NCBI GenBank assembly: GCA_003427395.1
Contig: BFEA01000023.1
Span: forward strand, 583,738-635,049
Length of the DNA stretch: 51,312 nucleotides
Direction of reading: 5' to 3'
Source of the DNA: Chara braunii
Lineage: Eukaryota; Plantae; Charophyceae
Shown here: in pieces, positions 1 to 12,112 of the stretch
How positions within the stretch are numbered: position 1 is the first letter of the stretch
Layout: every line of letters starts with the position of its first letter
Position numbers and translations under genes: made by a program
The notes under the pieces: model-generated
The model's input: only the letters and a program-made list of their open reading frames with translations
Told to the model about the DNA's origin: nothing
Database searches by the model: none

Positions 1-83
<83 letters not shown>

Positions 84-84
84 G
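1..84. repeat. (AG)n / (AGAC)n microsatellite
   Basis: Directly visible. Confidence 0.95.
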
Positions 85-252
85 AAGACGACATAAGACG
101 CCATCGGCGAGTGTTGTTGTGCGCCACGGCGTAGCCGTGGCAGGGTCCACTTGTCATTTAATAAATGGATTGACGGAGTCCGAGCAAACCATCCTTAGCA
201 GTCTATACCACCACCGTTAGCGCTACACACCACCATTCGCGCTCGCTCCACA

Positions 253-772
253 CAACGAAAAAATTTCCCAGGATTAAATAATCATTCTATAGTAAAATTA
301 CAATCTAAATTTCAAATTTTCATTCCATCTTAAAAAATGTCATTCCAATTTTAAAATTTTTCATCTTATTTGCAAACTTTTATTCTAAGAATAGGGTATC
401 CCTTCTAATTTGGACTGCATGCTAGAGATGGAATGAAAATCTGGATGAGTTCATGAAATTTTCTAATTGGACTTATTCTAAGTAAGAATTTTCAGTCATA
501 AATAGGTTAATCCAATCTAAATTAGAAGATATTTGTTGGAGTATAATGAAAATTTAATTAAAACATTTCAAAAACTCGTCCAGACTTTCATTCCATCTTG
601 AACAAATATATGTAGTTGGAAGGAAAAATTCATATTTAGACGGAAACTTGTCAAATAAAACTGAAAATTTTAGAATTGGACGAACATTGGAATGATAATT
701 TATAAATATGAAGGATTTTTTTTTTTATGGAATGTTTTTCAACTTTCATTTCTCGTGGGAATTTTTATGTTG
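253..772 (+). mobile_element. AT-rich ~520-bp MITE, copy 1
   Basis: Imperfect TIR CAACGAAAAAATTTCCCA...TGGGAATTTTTATGTTG; flanked by CA on both sides; interrupts a 23-bp satellite unit; homologous along its length to 4118-4638. Confidence 0.85.
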
Positions 773-1009
773 CACCACCGTTAGCACCCACTCCACACCA
801 CCATTAGCGATCGCTCCACACCACCGTCAGCACTTGCTCCACACCACCGTTAGTACCATCAGCGCTCGCTCCACACCACCGTTAGCGCTCGCTCAAAACC
901 ACAAACCACCCTTAGTAGTTTATACCACCACCGCTAATGCTCGCTCTACACCACCGTTAGTACTCTTTCCACACCACCGTTAGTGTCGTTAGGGCTCGCT
1001 CCACAACGT
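773..1009 (+). repeat. Degenerate ~23-bp tandem repeat (GCGCTCGCTCCACACCACCGTTA), left part; also 205-252
   Basis: Repeated units visible; the same unit resumes at 8722. Confidence 0.85.
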
Positions 1010-2788
1010 TGTCGAGCGCATCGGTCTTGCACCGCGCAGGGCGGGACCCTCTCGTCCGCGTCACACAGGAGTTGGTCCGATCCTCGTCGAGAATACACAT
1101 GGAGCTTCCGCAAGCCGCTCCGGTCGAGTGCGCCAGCCATACCTCTCGCGAGTCCCTACGAAAGGATAGGGCCAACGTGAGACACAACTTACCTCCACCT
1201 TGTTGGAGATGTCACCTCCCTTCCGTGGGCGTATCCCCGCCGAGCTACCAGTCCGCAGTACGAAAGTTAATCAGCTGCAATCGCAAAGGTGGACCAGCCC
1301 ATGGCGTTTCTCGTTCGCTGTAGCATTGGGGTACGAGCAGTTTTACGCCTCTATCGGACCCTCACGAGAACCGACGCCTGGGGGGGGTGAGGTCCAAAGC
1401 GCGAATCGTCGACGATCAACTAGGATGCATCCCTCACACCACGCGTACACCACAACACTCATGCATACAGAACGACATAAAACAAATAACACAACAACAC
1501 TTCTAGTCCCTTTTTTTATCCATCCCATAACCTTCCGACGCGAAAATCGGATAGGCGACGTGCGCAAGACTTAGTATAAAATTGAGCGGACGCAGAGTTC
1601 TCTCATATCGACTAGCAATGCATGCTTACGCAATCAGTCGCAACGATGACGTACTATGTAGTACCCATAATCATGCGATCCTCGCTAATCTCGAGGGTCG
1701 CATTCGATACTCAATTGTCGGCTGACACATGCCTTGAGGGTTTAATTTCTCGAAGCTAGACAACCGCCAACGAGGTTGAGAACCACGCCGGACCCCTCTT
1801 CTGCATCCTGTGGAGAGTGGGTGGTACACATGTTCATACCTGTGGTGATAATTGTCTCTTATTGCCCTGGAGACCAGCTCCATCATCCAGTGCATGGAGA
1901 GAAATCAAGGATTTTGACTTTGATGGCTGTCACGGACTACAACGCCCAACTGTATAAAAACTCTAAAAAGCAAAGGATAAAAGGGGAGTCGCCTTTTTTT
2001 TTCAAGGCATAATCTGTTTAACCCTTGCACACAGTGACAATAGGTCGTGCGAACACTCAAAACATATGTACATAAACATATATGTATATAAAGGGTTATA
2101 AATATGTGACGATCACTTCTCATAATCACAGTGAGACTCCTCTCAGCCATATATATGTATGTGATTGCAGGCAGTCAAATCGAAAGTCCGAACCACAAAC
2201 ATACTTGCAATCACATCAAACATTCAATCAAAAGTCCATGCCCTATGTGGGGTCAACTTCAACCACTCTCTATACTTATACCCCTTGCTTCAGTCGTGCA
2301 AACCCCAACCTTTGTCCAACCTTCCAAAAATAATTACTCGGCGCCTTTGTTAAATGACCATTCAATAAAAGTCTGGGTGAAAACCTTAACAAAACAATAA
2401 GAACCATCAGGGCTAAGGCTTTTTAGGTTGAGTATTGAGAATGGATTGGAGTTCATTCGTAGACCGATAAATCGGCAACCGACCTCTTATCAATAATAAC
2501 AGAAGGTGATGCTCGTAGGATCAAGTTGACTCTAGTACAAATTCTGATTTAAACGATTAAGAGGACATGTAACACAAGACAGACCAATCCTTAGGCTGAA
2601 TTTATAAGTCTATAGAAAATAATCTCCATATCACGATCTCACTGAGAAATGTCCTAATTAACTAAGCCTGAATCTACCTTTGAGCAAGTGTCCAAAAAAA
2701 TGATGACCCTGATACAATCTCCTCTATACAGAGTGGATCGTCAGAATCGCCACTTGTCAAAATATAACCTACCTCCTTTAAACTCGAA

Positions 2789-3330
2789 AAATTTCGGTAG
2801 TGCTTCCTATAAGAAAAATCTATTTTCATAATTTGTACTAGACCGAATATAAAGACTGAAATATTCTCCAACTCCTGAAAAGTCAAATTTTGTCTAACTC
2901 CCTGAATTAGTAAAAATTTGGGCAGCACTCCTTTTAGAAAAACAGATTTTTCAGATTTATACTAAATGAGATAAAAACTCAAAGTAAACTTGAGCTCAGC
3001 TAAGACAAAATTTAACCAACTTTTTAAATTTGTAGAAATTTGGGCAGCGCTCCCTTTAGAAAAAGAGTCTTCCCATGTTCATTCAAAGCTAAGTTCAGAA
3101 CCTTAAATAACTTTGACTTTTCAAGGTCCAATTTTGTTTAACTACTTGATTTGGTAAAAATTTGTGCAGCACTCCCTTTATAAAATGAGACTTTCCAAAT
3201 TTTTACTAAGCCATATATAAAAATTAGACAAGCTGAACTTTGAAACGACAAAATCTAACTAACTTCTTGATTTTGTATAAATTTCGGCAGCGCTTCCCGT
3301 AGGGGAAGTGACTTACCAATATTTATATAA
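2789..3330 (+). repeat. Diverged ~122-bp AT-rich tandem repeat (about 4.5 units)
   Basis: Anchor AAATTTGGGCAGCACTCC-like at ~2789, 2914, 3036, 3158, 3279. Confidence 0.8.
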
Positions 3331-4117
3331 GACCAAAAATAACAAATGTTCCCTTAAAATGTAGAAATCGACCTAAGTAAAATAAACTTTGCTCAGAAAA
3401 TGCAGGAATTTAAACTAAGTCCTGTGACACTAACACGTGGCGAACATCTAAAACAACTACCCGCCAACTGAAACTCGGACTAAGTAATAATCTCACTCAG
3501 CCACATGCAAGACCAAACCACAAAGGTAAGTACTCTCACCAGCCTTAAGTCAATCTTATCAAACAATAGTTCATAGTCTTTCAATGATTTGTCCATTATA
3601 CCCAACTTACATAAGGCATAAAACTAGACCACCCAAACTTACGAAACATGTCTTAATCAGCCATTAAATATACACAACACACAGAGCACTACAACTTTTA
3701 TTTTCCTCGGGCACATGACTAGGCCCCCCTAGTCGCCCTGAACTTGTTTAAGTATCCATATTTTATATAATTATCTGCATTTCGTCTTTTAAGGTAGCAT
3801 ATGACTGAACCGATCATCTTTAGCTCGAGCTTCAACCTGCCCCGTCTTACCATAAGTTTATTCTTAGTTAATACTCTCTTCAGTTTGTGATAAGCTATAG
3901 TCAGACCACCCAAACGTATGGAACAATGTCTGACTAGCCTGTTCATAGATAAAATAATAGTAAAATATAGCCAAGTTATAACCTTTTGCTTCCAGCATGT
4001 GCATGACATTGGACCAAGACCACCCAAACTTATGGAACATGTCTGGTCCTCTGCCTGATACATTTTTCTTAATTGTAAAGCACGAAGAGGCTAAGCTACC
4101 CAAACTTATGGAATATG

Positions 4118-4638
4118 CAACATAAAATTTTCATAGAGTTAAATAATCATTCTATAATAAAATTACATTCTAAATTTCAAATTTTTATTCCATTTTAAAA
4201 AATTTCATTCAAATTTTAAAATTTTCCATCTTACTTGAAAACTTTTCTTCCAAGAATGGGGTATCCCTTTTTATTTGAACTGCATGCTAGAGATGAAATG
4301 AAAGTCTGGATGAGTTAATGAAATATTTTAATTGGACTGTTATTCTAAGTAAGGATTTACAGTCATAAATAAGTTAATCCAATCCAAATTAGAAGATATT
4401 TGTTGTAATAGAATGAAAATTGAATTAAGAATTTCATAAACTCGTCCAGACTTCTATTCTATCTTGAACAAATAGATGTAGTCGTAAGGGAAAACTCATA
4501 TTTAGACTGAAACTTGTCAAATAAAATTGAAAATTTTAGAATTAGACGAACATTGAAATTATAATTTATAAATACGAAGGATTTTTTTTTTATAGAATGT
4601 TTTTTCAACTTTCGTTTCTGATGGGAATTTTTCTGTTG
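4118..4638 (+). mobile_element. AT-rich ~520-bp MITE, copy 2 (nested in the 7.7-kb element)
   Basis: CAACATAAAATTTTCA...TGGGAATTTTTCTGTTG; flanked by TG on both sides; colinear with 253-772. Confidence 0.85.
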
Positions 4639-6213
4639 TGCTCAGACCCTCTTATTCAAAAAAAAATAAAACGGAGAAAACCCAGAATAAACAAGGCAGT
4701 CAAGCAACCCAAACTTATGGGATAGTGCTTGGTTCCCAAAAAAATCAACCACAGAGAACCCTCGCAAGTCAGAGCAACCAGACCACAAAAACTTATGAAA
4801 CAGTGTCTGGTTTTCCAAGCAACTAAGAAATAAAAATAGCACTAAGCCTCCCCAAACTTATGGAGACTTTCCTAGCCTTTGGTTGACCCAGTCAAATAGA
4901 AGCAATACTGTCTTCCTCCCATCCTTCCGAGTCCCCCAGATACCATCCCACAATCTGCTTTCAATCAGACTACAAAATTGAAACTGACATTACACATGCA
5001 TTCCTTTACTTAAGTCTGAATCATGTCTTGAAAGTCAAACTGAAAGTCGAAGTAGTGATGCTTACAATATACTCAATCAAACATAGCAAAATGTACAAAT
5101 ATGGCTTATAACTGGGTTTATAAAAGGAAAACAAATGATTACCTCTCAGTTCCCTGCCTCCAGAACTCCTATTGAGTTCCGACAGAGCTCCCGCAATCGG
5201 TGGGCTGACTCCTCACAGAGTCTTGTTGCGGTCTTGCGGGTTGCAATCCCACCTGCTGTATTCCCCTCAGAACAGGACTAAACTTAAAGTAAGAAAGGCA
5301 GAAGGAGAAAGTTTGAGTCACTCAGACTCAAGAAGGGTGCTCTCAGACTCGCGCGAGAGGGTCTTGATTCCTTAACTCGCCTGAGGGTCCCGCAATGATG
5401 GCCAAAGCGTAGCAAGAACTTGGTCAACTAAAGTCAATCGCCAACCGTTGACTCCCTGACGATCCTTTCAAGTTATTTCGCAGCAATACTCCCCCTTACA
5501 AAGCTTTGGCCGCTTCTTCAAAATACAGGCTACTTCCTCCAACCAGCTGTCATTTCGCAACATAAGAAGGACGAATTCAAAACAGAGTGCCCGCTACGAA
5601 GACACCTCGCGTGCGCCACTAACACACAGTATGCACTAGGAGGCACAACAGCGTGCAGCGAATTACAGTCCGCATGGCCATACCAGCAACAACTCAGTAA
5701 ACGGCGGCTCGACAAACAGCAACGGCCTTGCGATTTGGTCAGGTAAGCGCTCCGTGTTATCTTAGCCCCTTCGCCTTTGCAATGGCCAACCACCTTCACG
5801 TAACCAGTCGAAATGAAGCGAGTGAAAAAACTTTCACAACTTCGCCATCTCCGCACGTTCACCTCTGCACGCTCGCTCCACGACCTCGCTCTTTACAACC
5901 CCTCACAAACTGTGCAAAGCAAGGTCGAATCCTTAGTACCTTAGGATCCGGCTATGTACTTTGCCAACTTGTATTGGGTCTGCGCACAGCTTGGCTCTTT
6001 GGCCTGACTTTCGGTTCAGCCCTCAGCGCCAGTCCTGCGTCTGCAGGCCCATTCCAACGGCACGGTACGGTCATACCACGATAACTGTCTCTGCTCGTTG
6101 TCGTACACACTTCCTTTGACTGGGTTGGGTAAGTTCGAATGAACCTTCTATTAGCAGGCGGGGAGATGCATTCCCTTTACAAAGTTTTCCCTCTTCTCGA
6201 GCGGCCCACCATC

Positions 6214-6332
<119 letters not shown>

Positions 6333-8721
6333 ATCGCAGCTAACCTCACGCCACTTCCATCGATAGGATGAACAAAAATCTCAATGAACCTTACGCTAGA
6401 ACATGACTAGGTGCATCAACAGTTCATCAACTCCATCTCTGGCGCAGCTCCCGCTCGCGATACCGCCCAATCTACTCTTCAAACCAAGAATCTGAAATGC
6501 CCATCCTGCTCGCAAAGCCCCAAAACTCCCAGATCACAACCTGGTTCACTCGACTCAGCTGAGAATCGAGCAAACTATGGGTTTTTCATTCCACCGTCGC
6601 CATCTTCTCGCTCACCTCCGTTATCCCCTCGCAAGTCTCTTCTCACTAACTCCTCTTCTACTCACTTCTCGTCAATCCTACCTTCAGAATCGGGGTCGCC
6701 CACCCTGAAAACCCCCGGTTTCGATTTTCCCTCGCCCGATTTTGTGGAGAATCGACTGTCTTTCTAGTTCATTTGCTCCCTCCATAGCTCCCTCCGAAAA
6801 CCTTCGTGCAGCCTATTCCTCAACTAACTTCTAACCTTATAACCCATAGCCAAATATGACTCCACCAGTACATTCGCTTGGTCCACAAACCCCCAAAACG
6901 CCTCCTCTCTCGCCTAAAACCGCGAAGTATCACTAGCGCTCTCTCTTCCTTGCTACGCCCCGGCTCACCACCCCGTCATATTTACTTTCCCCCGACAACT
7001 TCGCGCAAACATTTTCAGTTCCCCTCGTCTCCTACTAACCCATTGCTAAAACTAACGTTACCCTCTGATTCGCTCGGCCTAAAACGTTGGAAAAGCATTT
7101 TCCCCCACCCGATTCTACCAAGATTTGAGCGTGGTAGACGTTCTTCCCTCTACCATACTCAGCTCCACCTCCGAATGCACCTGGCGGAGCCCTCGTCCAG
7201 GTTCACCCTCCCGTTTGCTCTACCTATTGCGCACTAGCCCGCTTCTCCCTCGTTAACGCCCCGGCTCAATCGCGCACCTCGTTGTTCCTCAATAGCACAA
7301 TACTCGCGTTGCACCTCTACTTTCTAAATCTTGGAAAAGACCACCGACTAGACGACCTGATTAGTCTTCCGCCCCTATACCCTGATCCGACGAGCGCTGC
7401 ATGTAGCAACAACGCAACGAGCCTCACCAATGTCTCCGGACGCTCTGCTTGGGCAGGGCTGCCCTTCCCTTTCGTGTTCCCAATTAGCACACCAATCACA
7501 TAGTCGGGCCGTGGGCCAGTTACAGGCTCGTACCACAATCCCTGGTGAGGCAGCCCCAATGCCGATGGGAGCTTTGAGGACCGAAGAGGGGGAGGGTTCC
7601 AAGACTAGCTGTGATGCCCGGCCTGCGACCCTTGCTGCCGCTGCGCGCTGGCTGTCCCGCCCGAGCACAATTCATTATTTTTGCAGGCCCCAGCCTACAT
7701 ACTCACACTCAAATTTCCTATGGAGACCGGCGGGTGGTAAATCGTATACCGCGACGACCCCTACCATCCTTGTACCACAGCCCCATAGGTCCGCTCGGAA
7801 TGTCCTCTGATTCCCTCCTACTTTAGGCTATCGACACTCACCAAGTGGGAAGCGAGGGAGGCCACAACCACGGACCCCACCATTCTCACATTGACCCTTT
7901 ATCAGTCCTGCTTTCAAGACGAGCAGGATAAAGCAACTGTGTCAACATCCAGATATGCGGGAACTTATAGGTCAACCAAAGAGGCGCACACTCAAGGTTC
8001 TCGACTGCAGTGACGCTTGCTAGATCCAACGCCTCGTCCATTTTAATAAATTTAAGATCATAAAAAAAAAAATACTGCAATAAATAATTAAAATATTTAT
8101 AAACTTTTAACTGCTCGACGACGATGGACGAGGAAAGGAGTAGCTAGTGTCATTCCGAGGCCGCTGACGGTAAAACCAAAGGGGATAGCCCCGCCGGACC
8201 CTCAACACCTCGGTACGTTCGTGCTATTATGATATCCTTCGTCGTCGCCGCTCGACCTCGATCCCTAAATCTCTTTGATGAAAGTCCGATGTTGTAACCT
8301 ATAGTACTAGGCCCAAGGTTGCGCCTCTTACTAGCGGACGCCTATACAAGCGGGTACTGCGAGACGCATAAATCTGCCTAAACGTTTTCAAGGTCACATT
8401 GTTATCGATGTCGTCCTCTGCACTTACGCACAGGTCAATGGTAAGCGCATTAATAAAAAAACAAAATCTTAGTTTAACCAGAAATAAATATCTGGTCGGC
8501 GACCAACACCAGTTTTCACAATCATCAGAGAAAAAAAATATCACGTATGCCTTAAGTCATTGCGCCCACACATTCTCTACTATAGTCAACCGTCAAGTCA
8601 ATGCAAACCATAGACCCAGCCACGCCTCGCGCGGTAAACTTAAACTTTAAACCAACCTTATTTTCTGTCACTTGCAAAAAAAAACAGGGTGGATACCCTT
8701 GTAAGGGTATTCGCACCAACA

Positions 8722-9190
8722 ACGTCGTTGGCGCTCGCTCAAAACCACGGTTAACACTCCAAACCACTGGTAACGTTCGCTCCACACCACCGTCAACGAT
8801 CGCTCCACACCATCGTCAGTGATCGCTCAACACCGCGGATAGCACTCACGCTCAACACCACCGTTAGTGTTCGATCCACACCACCGTTAACACTCGCTCA
8901 ACATCATCGTTAGCGCGCGATCCACATTACCGTTAACGCTCGCTCAAAACCACTGTTGACGCTCCATGTCAGCGTTACCGCTCGATCCAGACCACTGTTA
9001 GCGCTCGCTCAACACCACCGTTAGCGCTCGCATAACATCACCGTTATAGCTACACACACCACCGTTAGAATTACACACACCACCGTTAGCGCTCGCTCAA
9101 CACCACCGTTAGAGCTACACACACCACCATTGACGCTTGTTGAACACTACCGTTAGCGCTCGCTCAACACCACCGTTAGCGCTCCAAACC
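8722..9190 (+). repeat. Degenerate ~23-bp tandem repeat, right part
   Basis: Many units of GCGCTCGCTC(C/A)ACACCACCGTTA. Confidence 0.9.
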
Positions 9191-9730
9191 AGAATAGAAG
9201 ATCATAAAGTAAATTGATCACAGGAAAGTTACTGCTCCCAGCCTCCCACCTTACAACCGAGCCATCTTCTGCCCCGTCCTCCTCCGCGTCCCTCCGCCTG
9301 CTTCGTCACGCCGAGCAGAGCACCAAGAATCAACAATCCAAGGCCATATACTCGTCCTATGTCGTTTACATGTGTACCTCATTGGCTTTCTGAAGTTGAA
9401 AGAGGTGGTACCTGAAAGACAACCGGACAAAGGAGGAGAGAGCAAGTTAGAGAGTAGACAAAGAAGACGACATGACAGAGCATGCAAGAGTGTTTGTGAC
9501 TTCGACTACGACTTCGACTCAACTCAAGTTCGCCAACCAGTCCTTCATGATCAAGCAAATAAAATGACTAACTGCAAGTGAAAACAATTGAATATAAACT
9601 AATATGCTAATACAAGTGAAGAAAAGTCACTGCAGTTGCGCTCGCACATGTGAAAAATATTGATGTGAGATCAACCAGTCCAGAACTTATGGTCACTGCA
9701 GTAAAGTATGCATCACCAAATCTCATTGTC

Positions 9731-9735
<5 letters not shown>

Positions 9736-9786
<51 letters not shown>

Positions 9787-10370
9787 NNNNNNNNNNNNNN
9801 NNNNNNNNNNNNNNNNNNNNNNNNNNNNNNNNNNNNNNNNNNNNNNNNNNNNNNNNNNNNNNNNNNNNNNNNNNNNNNNNNNNNNNNNNNNNNNNNNNNN
9901 NNNNNNNNNNNNNNNNNNNNNNNNNNNNNNNNNNNNNNNNNNNNNNNNNNNNNNNNNNNNNNNNNNNNNNNNNNNNNNNNNNNNNNNNNNNNNNNNNNNN
10001 NNNNNNNNNNNNNNNNNNNNNNNNNNNNNNNNNNNNNNNNNNNNNNNNNNNNNNNNNNNNNNNNNNNNNNNNNNNNNNNNNNNNNNNNNNNNNNNNNNNN
10101 NNNNNNNNNNNNNNNNNNNNNNNNNNNNNNNNNNNNNNNNNNNNNNNNNNNNNNNNNNNNNNNNNNNNNNNNNNNNNNNNNNNNNNNNNNNNNNNNNNNN
10201 NNNNNNNNNNNNNNNNNNNNNNNNNNNNNNNNNNNNNNNNNNNNNNNNNNNNNNNNNNNNNNNNNNNNNNNNNNNNNNNNNNNNNNNNNNNNNNNNNNNN
10301 NNNNNNNNNNNNNNNNNNNNNNNNNNNNNNNNNNNNNNNNNNNNNNNNNNNNNNNNNNNNNNNNNNNNNN

Positions 10371-10440
<70 letters not shown>
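9736..10440. repeat. (CT)n microsatellite flanking an assembly gap (N 9787-10370)
   Basis: Directly visible. Confidence 0.9.
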
Positions 10441-10443
<3 letters not shown>

Positions 10444-10563
10444 CCCCCCCGGGGCTGAATCTCTCTTTTGTCTTTTTCTCTTGTCAATGAATATGACCTT
10501 TCCTTGATGGCAGGGGTCGAATCTTTTGTTTCTTTTTCAAAGGTTTTTAAATGAATATCCCGT

Positions 10564-11520
10564 TGTCGGGGCTAATACCCTGACAAGGGTATTGTCGGGG
10601 TTTTCCAACGTCGGATGCTGTCCGACTCTTTCGTTGGATTAAAGAACCTGATGAGACCGACGTTGCCAAAAGTTTATTCAGACCTGACCTATGACTGAGG
10701 GACTAAACGTTTTCGAACTTTAGTCAGAACACGTGTGGTGTCTGGGACTAGTGGATATGAATGGTAGTAACCAGAAGTGCTTCGCTTTTGTTGAGACCGC
10801 AGAGGGCAGATGTGGGAACGCTAAACCTAGACCTATTCTACCTAAAATAGCAGCCGCGCGATTCAGGGCCTTAGTAGGCTAAAAAGAGGGATGCCCCGGA
10901 TATAGGGCCGCGGCGCAAGAGGAATAGGAAAAAGGTTTTTATTTTTTGGGCCGCGGGGATTGACATCGAGCCGAAGGGTTGACAGGCTGATGCGGAGGTC
11001 ACACGGCCAACCGACGGGCAGGGTCTGCCAGCAAAGCCTATTAGGCTTCAGGGAGGGAGGATCTACAGAGCCTTAGGCAATCAGGGCTTGCAAGGCTACA
11101 AGCAGGAGGAATGGCTTGAGCCAAGCTCTTCTTATAGAAGAGTTGCTCTTATCATTGTTGTGATAGGAGCTAGCCCAGTAGGTTATGGTGCCAAACTTTT
11201 GTTTAACAGATACCGGGATCGAGTCCGGCCGCACGCATTGTATTGGGCCAGTTCGTTTTGGAGCTGCCCACTATGTATGCTACCCGCGAGGCCGAATCTG
11301 GCCGTTCGATCGTGAAGCCTTGAAGGAGAGGAAGAAAGAAGCCGCGACGGAGAGGAAGAAGAAGAAGACAAACGGGTGAGAAGAAGAACACCCCTCTTTC
11401 CTATCTCTCTCTCTCTCTCTCTCTCTCTGTCCCTCCCTCTCTCTCTCTCTCTCGTCTCTCTCTCTCTCTCAAGGGAGGGAAATGATCGTGTTCCTATATA
11501 TATAGCAGCAACCGGCGACA
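10564..11520. mobile_element. Possible LTR remnant (TGTCG...CGACA)
   Basis: 5-bp inverted termini; shares the ATACCCT-ACAAGGGTAT hairpin with the end of 1010-8721; no matching TSD, so the right boundary is uncertain. Confidence 0.35.
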
Positions 11521-11560
11521 AGTACGGGCTGTGGAACGCACCGCAAGACACTGTATATAA

Positions 11561-11621
<61 letters not shown>

Positions 11622-11969
11622 GGCTGGCGGTGGCGGGGCGTTGTGCTTGGGGTGTGGGGTGTGGGGTGTTGTTTGGGTGGGGGTTGCATCGACGATTTTG
11701 TCGATTGGAGGGTCCATGACGGTTGTGAATAGGTGGCATAGGGGGAAGTGAAATGGGTTTTCGCCGGTAGGTCGTATGGCCATCGGACTCACCGGTTGTC
11801 GCTGTCGTCGATGCCTGAGGTAAAACGATGAGACGACACTCATTTAAGTCGAATCTTAAATGACATCGATGATGGCGACAACCATTGTTTTATGGTTTTT
11901 CGTGTTCGGCAGGAAACATGAACGTGGAGGGGCACGAGCGGCGATCGACATCCAGACAGCGACAAAAAC

Positions 11970-12044
<75 letters not shown>

Positions 12045-12045
12045 N

Positions 12046-12112
<67 letters not shown>

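Noticed and set aside
3627-4868. CRISPR array
   Set aside because: Repeats degenerate, spacing irregular, eukaryotic context, no cas genes.
9650-10507. Long ORFs across N gaps and microsatellites (also 39130-40235, 42263-42998, 49621-50246)
   Set aside because: Artefacts of N runs and simple repeats.
10648-10735. Hammerhead-like words (CTGATGAG; CTGAGGG-ACTAAA...TTTAGTC-AGAAC) in the LTR-like segment
   Set aside because: No correctly placed GAAA core or closing helices I/III could be built.
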